From contig JAAXVR010000008.1 in assembly GCA_013335405.1 (NCBI GenBank), positions 13,663 through 77,662 of the forward strand: a stretch of 64,000 bases of DNA, given 5' to 3'. Source of the DNA: Chlorobiaceae bacterium. GTDB taxonomy: Bacteria > Bacteroidota > Chlorobiia > Chlorobiales > Chlorobiaceae. Under the pieces are notes generated by a model that searched no databases, was not told the origin of the DNA, and saw only the letters and a list, made by a program, of their open reading frames with translations. Made by a program: the position numbers and the translations under genes. Positions 27,921 through 38,572 of the stretch are shown piece after piece (within the stretch, counting starts at the first letter, position 1; the number at the start of each line of letters is the position of its first letter).

Positions 27921-28628
27921 TCAGAGTTTTCCGGATATCTGCCAGAGGGATTGCTGGGAAATAGCCGCCCCCTGCGACATCGGGTAGTTGTCGATGATAT
28001 TCCTGTAGAGCCCGGCGGCTTTCGCAAGCTGGTTCGACTGCCTGTAGCAGTTCGCTTCCTTTGCGAGGTACAATGCCTTCAGGGCTGTGCTTTCAGCTTT
28101 TTCCGATGCGTCATGGTATGATTTCGCAGCGTCGCCGAACCGGTTCTTTTCGAAGTGGCATGCTCCTGCGCCCGCCAGCGCCGCAGCGGCAAGGTCCCTG
28201 TTGCCGATGCTGACGTCGCCGTAAGCCTTCAGCGCGGAATCGAAGTTACCAGTCGCATAGTAGGCGTTTGCAAGAAGCAGCGAGGCCATGCTGCCGCTCG
28301 GTGTCCCCGAAAAGTCGTCTGCTATTTTTTTCAGGCCGGAGTTCTTCCCTTCTCCGTTGATCGCGGTTGCATACATTCCCTGGTCGAGGTAGGGACCGAT
28401 CCTGGAAAGCTGGAGCGATGCTTCGGACTCACGTTCCTGCTGGTTCCGTACCCAGAGGAAAACTCCTGCGCCTGCGATGACAATCGCGATGAGCGCGCCG
28501 ATCAGGACATTTCTGTACTTGATGAGGATATAAAGGAGGGTATCTGCAAACTCTGTTTTCCCCTCGTTGCTCACTGGAGCTCCTGTCTGGTTCCCGTTCA
28601 TGGATGAATGGTTTTCTGTTTGATGCAT
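27921..28628 (-). CDS. Membrane-anchored TPR protein (YfgM-like)
   Basis: Single TM helix (VLIGALIAIVIAGAGVFLWV) followed by TPR-like helical repeats. Confidence 0.6.
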   Translation of the reverse strand: MHQTENHSSMNGNQTGAPVSNEGKTEFADTLLYILIKYRNVLIGALIAIVIAGAGVFLWVRNQQERESEASLQLSRIGPYLDQGMYATAINGEGKNSGLKKIADDFSGTPSGSMASLLLANAYYATGNFDSALKAYGDVSIGNRDLAAAALAGAGACHFEKNRFGDAAKSYHDASEKAESTALKALYLAKEANCYRQSNQLAKAAGLYRNIIDNYPMSQGAAISQQSLWQISGKL

Positions 28629-28750
28629 TGGTTGCGGCAGGCCTCAGCGCCACGTCTTTCAGTTTCCGGCCCGAAACCTAAGCAAGTTTGCATAAAATTC
28701 AAAATCAATCCTCCCTGCGGGTTATTACCCGTTGCACTGGAGGCTGGTCC

Positions 28751-29551
28751 TCATGAACCGCAAGGCGTCAAGGGTTCCCTGCAATAGGGTAATCTAAACA
28801 ATTCGACGGTATTCCGGAGTATTCCTTCCGCTGCTTTTTCCAGAGGTATTGCAAGGGATGCGGCAATCGCTTCAGTAACGAAACGGACGTGCGCAGGCTC
28901 ATTCCTTTTTCCGCGGAACGGCACGGGTGAAAGGTAAGGGGCGTCAGTTTCGGTGAGGAGATCATCGAGCGAGACGCTTCGGATAACGTCGGGCAGATTC
29001 GTTTTTTTATAGGTGACCGTCCCGGGGATCGAGAGCTTCAGTCCTATCCTGATGCACCGTTCCGCTTCTTCGATGCCGCCGGAAAAGCAGTGCATCGAGC
29101 CCCTGAGCCCTGAATGGCTTTCTTCGGCAAGGATGGTGAACATATCGCTCCATGCTTCCCGGCAGTGGATCACGACCGGAAGGTCGAGGTCCCGGGCCAG
29201 TCTGAGCATTCGACGGAAGGCATCACGCTGCATCTGACGGTCGGTGCCCGGATAATGGTAGTCGAGCCCTATTTCCCCGATGGCAACCACTTTCGGTTCA
29301 AGGGCCAGCCGGGCCAGTTCCTCGTATACGCTTTCATCATTCGGATGATTCGTTTCGTGAGGGTGAAGTCCCACGTTTGCGAAAATGAAATCGAATTCCC
29401 GTGCAAGCCCGATTGATCGCCTGCTCGTTTCCGCGTCCGTACCGGGATCAATAAGTACCGCGACCCGCTCTTCGAGCAGCCGTCCGATCACCTCTTTCCT
29501 GTCACTGTCGAAATCGGGGAAAGAGAGGTGGCAGTGTGCGTCAGCGAACAT
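28751..29551 (-). CDS. tatD: TatD-family metal-dependent hydrolase
   Basis: MFADAHCHL start motif, plus [17 protein letters not shown] and ETDAPYL. The start is set at ATG 29551, an 11-nt overlap with the lspA stop. Confidence 0.85.
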   Translation of the reverse strand: MFADAHCHLSFPDFDSDRKEVIGRLLEERVAVLIDPGTDAETSRRSIGLAREFDFIFANVGLHPHETNHPNDESVYEELARLALEPKVVAIGEIGLDYHYPGTDRQMQRDAFRRMLRLARDLDLPVVIHCREAWSDMFTILAEESHSGLRGSMHCFSGGIEEAERCIRIGLKLSIPGTVTYKKTNLPDVIRSVSLDDLLTETDAPYLSPVPFRGKRNEPAHVRFVTEAIAASLAIPLEKAAEGILRNTVELFRLPYCREPLTPCGS

Positions 29552-30038
29552 CGTCGTTTTCCTGCGGGAAAATCCGGTTATGGAAAAGCACCAGCATGCA
29601 GGCGCCAACCGTGATAGCGGAGTCCGCGATGTTGAAAATCGGCCAGAGGGAGACATGATGACCGAAGATCGTACCGTGGTAAATATCGAAATAGATGAAA
29701 TCGACGACCCTGCCGACCGTGATCCGGTCGATCATGTTGCCGATCCCTCCGCCCACGATGAGCGCAAAGGGAACAAGAAAGATCGCATCGTTTCTTTTCG
29801 AGCGGAAAACGTAGACAAGAACCGTCAGGGTGATTATCCCGGTCAGGAGGATGAGCATTGCCGGAGGCGCGAACTCGACACCGAAAGCCACGCCTCTGTT
29901 CTGGGCGAAAGTCAGTGAAAACAGCCCCGGAATGATGGGGATGCCGTCAGGCAGTATGCTGAGATAGTCGACGGCAAGTTTTTTCGTGAACTGGTCAAGG
30001 CCGATGACAAGAAAGATGATTGCAGAAAACCATTTCAT
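29541..30038 (-). CDS. lspA: Lipoprotein signal peptidase II
   Basis: [24 protein letters not shown] and [10 protein letters not shown] motifs, with 4 TM segments. Confidence 0.85.
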   Translation of the reverse strand: MKWFSAIIFLVIGLDQFTKKLAVDYLSILPDGIPIIPGLFSLTFAQNRGVAFGVEFAPPAMLILLTGIITLTVLVYVFRSKRNDAIFLVPFALIVGGGIGNMIDRITVGRVVDFIYFDIYHGTIFGHHVSLWPIFNIADSAITVGACMLVLFHNRIFPQENDDVR

Positions 30039-30095
30039 GGGATGGCGGTAATTGTCTGTTTTTCGATAGCTGACTGATTTTGGAGCCAGGGTTCG

Positions 30096-30980
30096 CTACG
30101 CTTTTGCGCCGATTGCTTCCAGGACTCTCTTTCTCACAATATCGAGCGGCATGGTGCTGCCGGTCCAGAGCTCGAAGGATCGAGCGGCCTGGCCGATCAG
30201 CATTTCAATGCCCGGCACCGTTTCGGCCCCCGCTTTTTTTGCGGCGGCGAGAAGCGGGGTTTCGAAAGGGTTGTAGACCATGTCGTAGACTATCTGGTCT
30301 TTATGAAAGAGTTCCGCATCGAGCGGAATGATGCTTTTCATATCGTCTGCACGTCCTTTCGTGCCAAGAGGGGTTGCGTTGACAACAACAGCGCAACTGC
30401 GGAACCGGTCGAGATATTCTCTGTTTCCTGCATGGAGTTCCTTCAGGGACATTGGCGTTACCGCACTTCTGAAGGCATAGTGATCCAGCATCAGAGCGGC
30501 TTTTCCAGTATCCCTGACAAACAGCAGTATCCCGGCAGGAGAGAAAAACTTTCTGAATGCTTCGATTGCTGCCAGAGCGGCCCCGCCGCTTCCGAAAATG
30601 CACACCGTTCTGCCCGATATTGCTTCGCGGTATTGCTGCAACGGTGATGCGAAGCCGGCAATATCGGTATTGTGGCCGCAGAGCCTGCCCTCTGTATTGA
30701 CGATGGTGTTGACGGCCTTTATCGAGGATGCCTCTTCCGACAGCTCATCGAGGCTGGCAACGACGGTCTGCTTGTAGGGGATGGTGACGTTGAGACCTGC
30801 GATGCCGAGAGCTGCGGCGCCTTTCAGCGCATCGCCGACAAGGGAATGGTCGGCGATATTGAATATCGTGTAGAAATAGGGAAGCCCAAGTGCCTCGATA
30901 GCGGTATTGTGAATGAGAGGAGAGTATGAATAGTCGATACCGCGACCGATCAGGCCGAGGATTTTTTTCGCTTTCGTCAT
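30096..30980 (-). CDS. aroE: Shikimate 5-dehydrogenase
   Basis: [31 protein letters not shown] and DMVYNP. Confidence 0.85.
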   Translation of the reverse strand: MTKAKKILGLIGRGIDYSYSPLIHNTAIEALGLPYFYTIFNIADHSLVGDALKGAAALGIAGLNVTIPYKQTVVASLDELSEEASSIKAVNTIVNTEGRLCGHNTDIAGFASPLQQYREAISGRTVCIFGSGGAALAAIEAFRKFFSPAGILLFVRDTGKAALMLDHYAFRSAVTPMSLKELHAGNREYLDRFRSCAVVVNATPLGTKGRADDMKSIIPLDAELFHKDQIVYDMVYNPFETPLLAAAKKAGAETVPGIEMLIGQAARSFELWTGSTMPLDIVRKRVLEAIGAKA

Positions 30981-31004
30981 GCAGGCATCCCGGTCAGTGT
31001 TTCA

Positions 31005-32432
31005 TCATGAAATGCCGAGCATGCGCCTTACGGCATCCTGCTGGTAGAGCTCAGGGAACGTGCTCTGGAACAGCTCCTTTTTCTCGGGATCTATCCTGAA
31101 TGCATTGCTCAGCGCTTTCAGGGTGCTCATTTTGTCACCCATGGCGAAATATGACGCCGCGATCTCGAAATGGGCGTCTGCGGAAAGCGGCTGCAGCTTC
31201 AGCGAGTTCTGCAGTGCCGTGATGGAATCGTTGATATGTCCGGCTTCCCTGAGCACCATGGCGAAATCCACCCAGATCTGCGGGCTTTCCGCATCGAGTT
31301 TAAGGATTTCCCGGTAGGTATCGATCGAGTGATCGAGGTTGTTCAGGTTGTACTCTATTTCCGCTTTCAGCAGCAGGAACTCGATGCTTTCCGGAGCAGC
31401 CTTGAGGGCCTGGACGGTAGCAGAGAACGCTGATTCGTAATCTTCGAGCGCTTCATGGCAGCAGGCGAGGGCGAACCAGGCATCGGCGAAATCACCGTTG
31501 CTGTCGATACAACGCCGGTAACACTCGATGGCTTCAGGGTACTCTTCGAGTTCTTCGTATGCGATGCCGAGATTGTAGAGTGCGTTGATATCGTCCGGTT
31601 CGAACTCGAGCGTTTTCCGGTAACTTTCAGCGGCTTCCTCGATACGTCCGGTTATGGCAAGCACATTGGCACGGTTGTACCATGCGGAACTGAAATCATC
31701 TGAAATGGCGAGAGCCATGTCATAGCATTCGAGAGCCTCGTCATACCGCTTCAGTTTGCTCAGCACCAGACCGTTGTTGTACCAGGCATTGATATTGTAA
31801 GGGTCGAAATCAATGGCCTTGCAGTAGCTTGATGAGCTTTCCTCAAGCTTGCCGAGAAGGTCCTTGCAGTATGCCAGTTCATACCATGCATCGGAAAAAA
31901 CGGGGTCGAGCCCGATGGCGCTTTCGAAATGCAGTTCGGCTTCGCCGAATCGTTCGAGGCGCTGCAGGACGATGCCGCGGTAATAATGGTACTCTTTCTC
32001 TATGGTTGAATCGATCGTAATCCTGTCAAGCTCTTCGAGCGCTTCGTCGAGGCTTCCGGTGTTGAAAAATGCCAGAGCCAGGTTGAGATTCATTTCGCTG
32101 TCCGTCGGGCTCAACAGAGAGGCTTTTCTGAATGCTTCGAGCGCTTCGTCGAAAAATCCGTTCAGGGTAAGGCTGTTGCCGAGGTGGAACCACGTTTCGG
32201 TATTGTAGGGAGCGATCTCCTCGAGCCTGCGGGCTACCGTGAGTGCTTCGATGTGGAACCCGTCCTCGTTGTACTGGACGATACGATCCAGAAGTTCTTC
32301 GGAATCAAACATCGAATAAAGCCCCTCGAGATCGGGGTTTTTTCTTTCATTCCCTCCAGAATAGCCGTGATTATCATCAAAAAAGTCCGGCAGGTTCATA
32401 TGCAATCGTAAAGAATTTTCTTCATACACCAC
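31005..32432 (-). CDS. Tetratricopeptide-repeat protein
   Basis: About ten consecutive 34-aa TPR units (W..G......A...Y..AL...P). Confidence 0.7.
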   Translation of the reverse strand: MVYEENSLRLHMNLPDFFDDNHGYSGGNERKNPDLEGLYSMFDSEELLDRIVQYNEDGFHIEALTVARRLEEIAPYNTETWFHLGNSLTLNGFFDEALEAFRKASLLSPTDSEMNLNLALAFFNTGSLDEALEELDRITIDSTIEKEYHYYRGIVLQRLERFGEAELHFESAIGLDPVFSDAWYELAYCKDLLGKLEESSSSYCKAIDFDPYNINAWYNNGLVLSKLKRYDEALECYDMALAISDDFSSAWYNRANVLAITGRIEEAAESYRKTLEFEPDDINALYNLGIAYEELEEYPEAIECYRRCIDSNGDFADAWFALACCHEALEDYESAFSATVQALKAAPESIEFLLLKAEIEYNLNNLDHSIDTYREILKLDAESPQIWVDFAMVLREAGHINDSITALQNSLKLQPLSADAHFEIAASYFAMGDKMSTLKALSNAFRIDPEKKELFQSTFPELYQQDAVRRMLGIS

Positions 32433-32498
32433 TCAATCATTGTCAAATATAACAGAATTTATAGAGAAAAACATAGCGGGGGCTTCCGCCCGGACCGC

Positions 32499-34382
32499 TC
32501 ACGGCCTGAAATAACGGTAAACCGTTTCAGCAGCTTTCTTTCCGGTTACCCTCGCCAGTTCTTCGATCGGAGTATTGGCAATAGCCTCGACAGATCCGAA
32601 ATATTCAAGCAGGCGGAAGGCTGTTTTTTCACCGATTCCGGCAATCGAGGTGAGCTCTGTACGGATTGTCCTTCCTGTTTTCAGTTTCCGGTGGTAGGTT
32701 ATGGCGAAACGGTGGGCTTCATCCCGAAGATGCTGGATCAGTTTCAGCGCCGGGGATGTTTTCGGGAGATTGAACGGATCCTTCTGGTGAGGCAGGAAAA
32801 TTTCCTCGATCCTTTTTGCAAGACCGATGACAGGAATGGAAATACCGAGACTTGAGATGGCCTGGAAGGCGGTGTTGACCTGTCCTTTACCTCCGTCGAC
32901 AACGATGAGGTCGGGCATTGGAAGAGCATCGGAAAGAGACCCTCCGTATCGACGCAGGATGACCTCTTTCATGGCCGCATAATCGTCCGATCCCTCGACG
33001 GAGGTGAGCCTGAATTTCCGGTAATCCGACTTTTTCGGGTTTCCTTTTTCGAAACAGACCATCGAACTTACATAATCGCTGCCCTGATGGTGGGAGTTGT
33101 CGAAACACTCGATCCTTTTCGGGATTTCAGGAAGGCGCAGGAAAGCGCCAAGTGCGGCAAGGCCGGGATGTTCCCGAGCCGCTTCGCCACGCTTCTGTTT
33201 CTGGACCAGAAATTCCTCGAGGTGGTGTTCGGCGTTCCTGCGGCACATTTCCACGAGACGCGCTTTTTCGCCGATACGGGGGACGAGTATCCTCGGCGCC
33301 TTGCCATCCTGGTTTTCACGGAGCCGCTTGTCAGCGATGAGCTCAGCGAGTGTCTCTTCGTCTTCGGGCGACGGTTGTTCCTGCAGCAGGATTTCCTCCG
33401 GGACGGTTTCCGTCGTTTCCAGATAATAATGTTCAAGAACCTTTGCCTGAAGCTCTTCCCGGGTTTCCCCCCCGGTATTGTTCATGGAGAAACGCTGAGA
33501 GCCAAGCAGCTTTCCTTCACGGATCTTGAAAACAATTCCGCAGGCGTCGTCTTCAGCCGAGGCAATGGCGAAAACATCCCGGTCGCATCCGTCTTCGGCA
33601 AGCACTTTCTGCCTTTCCGAATACCGTTTCAGGCTTTCTATCTGCGTTTTCAGTTCTGCGGCCTCTTCAAATCTCAGTTCGGAAGCGCTCCTGTGCATTT
33701 CTTCGGTGAGCGATCTTACAAGGCTCGAGGTTTTTCCTTTCAGCAACCGAAGGATCTCTGCGATCATGCGGAGGTAATCCCCCTCGCTCTGGAGGCCTTC
33801 GCAAGGACCTTTGCACCTGTGGATGTGATAATCGAGGCAAACCCTGAATTTTCCGGCAGCGATGTTTTCGGGGCTCAGGTGGAACTTGCAGCTCCTTACC
33901 GGAAAGATGGACCCGATCAGATCGAGGATCGATCGGAGCTGCCGGGCTTCGGTATAGGGGCCGAACCAGGTGGAACCGTCCCTTTTCATCTGGCGGCTGA
34001 GAAAAATTCTCGGAAACGGTTCATTGGTGATGACAAGGTAGGGGTAGGTCTTGTCGTCCTTGAGGTTGACGTTGTATCGGGGCTTCAGTTCCTTGATGAG
34101 GTTGTTTTCGAGGATCAGCGCCTCGACTTCTGAAGAGGTGATGATGACTTCCAGGTCATGGATATGCCCGACCATCACCAGCGTCTTGCCGTATAACTGG
34201 CCGGGGGGCCTGAAATACGAACGAACCCTGTTGCGCAGGTTTTTCGCCTTGCCGACATAGATGACTTTTCCCTTGCTGTTCCTGAACTGGTAGACACCGG
34301 GCGACAAGGGCAGGGAAGCGAGTTTTTCCCGCAGTTCCTCTCTTTTTCGCGTCAGGTGCGGGTGTGATTCATGTTCGGGCAT
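32499..34382 (-). CDS. uvrC: Excinuclease ABC subunit C
   Basis: GIY-YIG N-terminus (GVYQFRNSKGKVIYVGKAKNLRNR), a UVR domain, an endonuclease domain and a C-terminal HhH (IAGIGEKTA). Confidence 0.9.
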   Translation of the reverse strand: MPEHESHPHLTRKREELREKLASLPLSPGVYQFRNSKGKVIYVGKAKNLRNRVRSYFRPPGQLYGKTLVMVGHIHDLEVIITSSEVEALILENNLIKELKPRYNVNLKDDKTYPYLVITNEPFPRIFLSRQMKRDGSTWFGPYTEARQLRSILDLIGSIFPVRSCKFHLSPENIAAGKFRVCLDYHIHRCKGPCEGLQSEGDYLRMIAEILRLLKGKTSSLVRSLTEEMHRSASELRFEEAAELKTQIESLKRYSERQKVLAEDGCDRDVFAIASAEDDACGIVFKIREGKLLGSQRFSMNNTGGETREELQAKVLEHYYLETTETVPEEILLQEQPSPEDEETLAELIADKRLRENQDGKAPRILVPRIGEKARLVEMCRRNAEHHLEEFLVQKQKRGEAAREHPGLAALGAFLRLPEIPKRIECFDNSHHQGSDYVSSMVCFEKGNPKKSDYRKFRLTSVEGSDDYAAMKEVILRRYGGSLSDALPMPDLIVVDGGKGQVNTAFQAISSLGISIPVIGLAKRIEEIFLPHQKDPFNLPKTSPALKLIQHLRDEAHRFAITYHRKLKTGRTIRTELTSIAGIGEKTAFRLLEYFGSVEAIANTPIEELARVTGKKAAETVYRYFRP

Positions 34383-34432
34383 CGTTCATATTCAGTGGAT
34401 TGCTTGCCTTGCGTCCGGCACTCACAGATACA

Positions 34433-34472
34433 ATAAAAAAAGGAAAAGCCGCAAATAAGTTGCGGCTTTTCC
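34433..34472 (-). terminator. Strong rho-independent terminator after the MFS / small-membrane-protein pair
   Basis: 13-bp perfect stem ggaaaagccgcaa (34442-34454) / ttgcggcttttcc (34460-34472) with a 5-nt loop. A T-run follows on the minus strand (A-run 34434-34441). Confidence 0.8.
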
Positions 34473-34500
34473 TCGGGAAAAAGAACAGAACGTCTCAGGT

Positions 34501-34728
34501 TCAGTTTGCGAGGGTATCGTATTCGCCTTTCAGGGCAAAGATACCGAACGTAATGAGACTGAACGAGATGATGGGCATCAGCACCACGATAACGATCGAC
34601 CAGAAAATCCAGTTCTCTTCAGACGGTTTTTCCGCGATCTCCTGCATGGCGCGCATTACCGCGAGGGGGATGATCCCAAGCCCCATGGCTGCCCAGAGAA
34701 GTCCGAAAATCCTTTTTATTACAGACAT
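34501..34728 (-). CDS. Small two-TM membrane protein, hypothetical
   Basis: 75 aa with two clear hydrophobic helices. It starts 26 nt downstream of the MFS stop on the same strand, upstream of the terminator. Confidence 0.45.
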   Translation of the reverse strand: MSVIKRIFGLLWAAMGLGIIPLAVMRAMQEIAEKPSEENWIFWSIVIVVLMPIISFSLITFGIFALKGEYDTLAN

Positions 34729-34754
34729 GATAAATTGGTTTAAAAGGTTCTTGG

Positions 34755-36329
34755 TTATTCGGTGTCAAGGTTGTTCGTCTTGTTCGAGATGTAGAGCATA
34801 CCGATCACGAAGCATACCGCAGCGATGATGATCGGATACCACAGACCGAACAGAGGATCAGCCGGGGGTGCGCCGGGTGCCGGACGGGTGAATTCCACCA
34901 GACGGGTCGAAATAAGGGGAACCAGGCCGCCGAAGACGCCGTTGCCGATATGGTAGGGCAGCGACATCGAGGTGTAGCGGATACGGGTCGGGAAGATTTC
35001 AACCAGGAATGCCGCGATCGGACCGTAAACCATGGTGACGAAGAGCACCTGGATAAGGACAAGACCGATCATTTTGTAGAACAGATCCTGGGGAAGCGTG
35101 ACTTCCTTTTTCGTTTCCGGTTTCAGCTTGTCCTTCGGCATTGCAGCCTTGAGTTCGGCGTCGACAGGGAATTTTTTCTTGACGGTTTCCTTGAATTTGG
35201 TGCCGTCGGTGAACTCTTTGGTCGTCACGGTCGTGATCAGCGAATCAGCGCCTTTCACTTCATTTTTCACCTTGATGACCGTTTTGTCCTCGATCGCCTC
35301 TTTCGTCTTGAGGTTCGCGTCACTGTACATTATGGTATAGATCGGACGGTAGGAGATAACGGCGATAAGCATACCGGCCATCATGATGTATTTGCGTCCT
35401 ATTTTGTCGGAAAGCGCACCAAAGACGATGAAGAAAGGCGTTCCTATGAGGAGGGCGACCGAGATGATAATGTTGCTCTGAACGAACTCGATGTTACATG
35501 CGTTCTGCAGGAACGAAAGAGCGTAGAACTGTCCGGTGTACCACACGACGCCCTGACCGGCTGTCGCACCAAGCAGAGCGACAAGCACCATTTTCAGGTT
35601 GTCTTTCTTCTGGAAGCTTTCGGCCAGAGGGTTTGCAGAGGTTTTACCTTCCTTTTTCATCTTTGCGAACAGCGGGGACTCCGACATTTTCATGCGGATG
35701 AAGACCGAAATTCCAACGAGGAAAACAGAAAGAATGAATGGAATACGCCATCCCCAGTCGTTGAAGACCTCGATACCGAGCGTCTGGCGGACAATCAGGA
35801 TAATGCCGAGCGCGAGAAAGAGGCCGAGGGTTGCCGTCGTCTGGATAAAACTTGTCCAGAAGCCCCGTTTTCCCTCGGGAGAGTGCTCTGCGACATACGT
35901 TGCGGCGCCTCCGTACTCGCCTCCGAGGGCAAGACCCTGGAGCAGTCGGAGAACAAAGACGATGGCCGGAGCTGCGAACCCGATGGTTTTATAACCGGGG
36001 ACAAGGCCGATGGCGAATGTTGATCCGCCCATGATGACAAGGGTGACGAGGAAGGTGTACTTGCGTCCGATGAGGTCGCCGAGGCGGCCGAAGAAGAGTG
36101 CGCCGAAAGGCCTGATGACGAAACCTGCGGCGAAGGTTGCCAGGGTTGCGAGCAATGCGGCGGTCGGGTTGTCTTTCGGGAAGAACTGCTCGGAAATGAT
36201 CTTTGCAAGGGTACCGAAGATATAGAAGTCATACCATTCGATGAGTGTCCCGACCGAGGAGGCAGCAATAACCCTTCGGGTGCTGGATACCTCTTCGACC
36301 TGGGCAACGTTTGTGACATTTTGTGCCAT
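34755..36329 (-). CDS. MFS transporter, metabolite:H+ symporter (ProP/KgtP-like) with inserted Lys-rich domain
   Basis: GTLIEWYDFYIFG, FGRLGDLIGRK and LGGEYGGAATYVAEH motifs of the MHS family. There is an 80-aa hydrophilic insertion at residues 336-416. Confidence 0.8.
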   Translation of the reverse strand: MAQNVTNVAQVEEVSSTRRVIAASSVGTLIEWYDFYIFGTLAKIISEQFFPKDNPTAALLATLATFAAGFVIRPFGALFFGRLGDLIGRKYTFLVTLVIMGGSTFAIGLVPGYKTIGFAAPAIVFVLRLLQGLALGGEYGGAATYVAEHSPEGKRGFWTSFIQTTATLGLFLALGIILIVRQTLGIEVFNDWGWRIPFILSVFLVGISVFIRMKMSESPLFAKMKKEGKTSANPLAESFQKKDNLKMVLVALLGATAGQGVVWYTGQFYALSFLQNACNIEFVQSNIIISVALLIGTPFFIVFGALSDKIGRKYIMMAGMLIAVISYRPIYTIMYSDANLKTKEAIEDKTVIKVKNEVKGADSLITTVTTKEFTDGTKFKETVKKKFPVDAELKAAMPKDKLKPETKKEVTLPQDLFYKMIGLVLIQVLFVTMVYGPIAAFLVEIFPTRIRYTSMSLPYHIGNGVFGGLVPLISTRLVEFTRPAPGAPPADPLFGLWYPIIIAAVCFVIGMLYISNKTNNLDTE

Positions 36330-36406
36330 AAATGATTGCGTTGTTTGTTTGTTGATTGAAACTTTGCTGAAATGTCAGCTTGATTACAGTAACGGCCTGA
36401 TCCGGC

Positions 36407-36844
36407 TCATTTGATGAATTCGTGTTCGTTTTCCTTGACGACAAGAACCGGGCAGGGGGCGCGGCGGATGACATGTTCCGCGACGCTGCCGAGGATCATG
36501 CGTTTCAGTCCGCGGCGTCCGTGCGAACCCATGATGATGATGTCCGCTTCCTTGCGTTTCGCATAGTCGAGGATGCACTCTTCGGCAAACCCTTCGTAGA
36601 TGACGTAATCAGCAACGATGCCGGCCATTTTTTCCTCGTCGATCAGGGTGGCGAGCTTTTTTTCCTCTTCTGCACGCTCGTTTTCGAGTCCGTGCGAGTA
36701 GTTGATGGTCGGGTCGTTTTCAACTACGCCGACGAGAAAAACCTCTCCTCCTGAAAGCTTCGCGAACTCGTTGGCGTATTGCAGCGCCTTGCGAGACAGA
36801 TCGGAGAAATCAACCGGACAAATGATTTTTTTGATGGTAATCAT
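36407..36844 (-). CDS. Universal stress protein (UspA family)
   Basis: KKIICPVDFS, DIIIMGSHGRRGLKRMILGSVAEHVIRRAPCPVLVV. Confidence 0.85.
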   Translation of the reverse strand: MITIKKIICPVDFSDLSRKALQYANEFAKLSGGEVFLVGVVENDPTINYSHGLENERAEEEKKLATLIDEEKMAGIVADYVIYEGFAEECILDYAKRKEADIIIMGSHGRRGLKRMILGSVAEHVIRRAPCPVLVVKENEHEFIK

Positions 36845-36981
36845 AGTACCGCTGTTGTGTTTTGGTTATGAAAAAATACAATTGAGAATTAAATGCATAT
36901 AAAATATCCTGCCGGGTAATCGAGTCAGGCGTGGCTTGGCCTGAACGATGCCTGGGAATTCAACACGAGATGCAGTGATGC

Positions 36982-37021
36982 GTCATGACAGTACGCACTC
37001 GTCACTCGGTGCTGTCATGAC
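36982..37021. promoter_or_regulatory. Perfect 10-bp inverted repeat upstream of usp
   Basis: gtcatgacag (36982-36991) / ctgtcatgac (37012-37021) with a 20-nt spacer, 140-180 nt upstream of the usp start. A T-run precedes rather than follows the hairpin on the usp (minus) strand, so it does not look like a terminator there. Confidence 0.3.
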
Positions 37022-37238
37022 AAAAAAATCAGGTTTCTTGCGAAATCTCTCTGTCGAAAAATGTGATGCTGAAAAAGAATAAGAAGCATGCAATCTCCCT
37101 CTGTGCCATGTCACTCAGCCCATGGACAGCAGGAATAGCTTCCCTCAATATCGTAAAAAATTTCCGAACTGACAATTAACAATTGTAAATACCGGAAATA
37201 TACATTGACAAAAGGGTCGGCGTAAAAGAACAAGATAA

Positions 37239-37270
37239 TAAAAAAAGCCGCAGCTGCCTGCGGCTTTTTT
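37239..37270 (-). terminator. Rho-independent (bidirectional) terminator after the porin gene
   Basis: Stem gccgcag (37247-37253) / ctgcggc (37258-37264) with a 4-nt loop, flanked by an A8 and a T6 run. It lies 16 nt downstream of the porin stop. Confidence 0.8.
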
Positions 37271-37285
37271 CAGGTTCAGGATGGC

Positions 37286-38440
37286 TCAGAACGTAACCGT
37301 GGCATAGAGCTCGGCGCGGAGCATGCTGTGGTCTTCGCTATAAGTGTTATCGCTCGCACGGTACCTGACGGTCGGTGTGACACTGAAGGTGCCCATGGCT
37401 GATTCATACACCTTGAAGCTGTACTGAGCCCAGACAAACCAGTTGTCATATTCGTCAGCGTAGGCCGTTGGTGAATTGTCATTCGTGTGGTTGTAGTCGA
37501 CGAAGGCCATGAAGGGGCCCGACTCGAATTTGGCCCTGAGGAGAACGCCGTTGTAATCGACAACATTGCCTGCTCCGCTATATTCGGTGTCGTCAGCCAA
37601 GGTGTAGAATGCGCTGAGGCCGACCTTCGATTTCTCGACCGGGATCGTCATGTTCATGCCGAAGGTATAAGGAGACACCTGCTTGTAGGCCAAACCTGAA
37701 AGGTTGGTCAGGGCAAGAACCGCCTGAGGTTCGATCGTTACGCTGCCGAGGGTGGTTTTGTATGCTATGTGAAGAGCGTAGCCGTCATTGAGCAGACCGT
37801 CGCCTTCAGAGGGAGAATCGCCTTTTATGGCATCGTCAAAGACGACAAGGGTGGTGTTCAGTTCGCCTTTGCCGATCTTGGTGCCGTAGTTCAGGCCGAA
37901 GACGCGGTCCATGTTCCAGTTGACGATCGGGTTGTCAACTGCACAGACAAATGCGGTACCAGTTGCGCTTGTGTTGAGTGTTCCCGGAACAGGGTACATT
38001 GCGAGGTCGAAGATCGGATTGTTGAAGGCGTTGAGCGGCAGGCGACCCATCATGTAATGGCTGTCCTGCATCATGCGTCCGAAGACGAAGTTGGAAACTT
38101 CGAGATTGTATGCACCTGCATTGCCGTTGCCTACGCCTGCCCATCCGCCGGCAAGCATCGCGCCGTTGATATCTTCCTCGCTCATGAGCATGGCCTTGAA
38201 GAAGTAGCCGCTGCCCATATCGGCCGAAGCCCTCAGGCGGACGCGGTACTGGAAGAGGAGGTTGTCATTTTTGCTTTCATCTGGGGCTGCATCGTAAAAT
38301 CCAGATGCATTTTCATTGAAACCGAACTGGCTCCTGATCCTTACAGCAGCGTCGCCGCTGAATTTCAGTTCAGCCTGTGCCGGTGATGCGAACGACAGTA
38401 CTGCGAGCATCGCAGCAAGCGACAGCATTTTTTTCTTCAT
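37286..38440 (-). CDS. Outer-membrane beta-barrel porin
   Basis: Signal peptide MKKKMLSLAAMLAVLSFASPAQA, alternating beta-strand pattern throughout, and a C-terminal aromatic residue (YATVTF). GGAG RBS 8 nt upstream of ATG 38440. Confidence 0.65.
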   Translation of the reverse strand: MKKKMLSLAAMLAVLSFASPAQAELKFSGDAAVRIRSQFGFNENASGFYDAAPDESKNDNLLFQYRVRLRASADMGSGYFFKAMLMSEEDINGAMLAGGWAGVGNGNAGAYNLEVSNFVFGRMMQDSHYMMGRLPLNAFNNPIFDLAMYPVPGTLNTSATGTAFVCAVDNPIVNWNMDRVFGLNYGTKIGKGELNTTLVVFDDAIKGDSPSEGDGLLNDGYALHIAYKTTLGSVTIEPQAVLALTNLSGLAYKQVSPYTFGMNMTIPVEKSKVGLSAFYTLADDTEYSGAGNVVDYNGVLLRAKFESGPFMAFVDYNHTNDNSPTAYADEYDNWFVWAQYSFKVYESAMGTFSVTPTVRYRASDNTYSEDHSMLRAELYATVTF

Positions 38441-38463
38441 GTGATTTCTCCGTTTGGTTGGTT

Positions 38464-38475
38464 GTGTGTGTGTGT
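38464..38475. repeat. (GT)6 dinucleotide tract in the porin leader region
   Basis: gtgtgtgtgtgt lies 24 nt upstream of the porin start codon (read as CA repeats on the coding strand). Confidence 0.9.
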
Positions 38476-38572
38476 TGTAATCGACAAAAAAATTCACGCC
38501 TTACATTTCAAGGCCTGATAAAAACGCCGGTTCATAAGGACCCGACGGAACTTTACGTGTATGAACTTCAAT

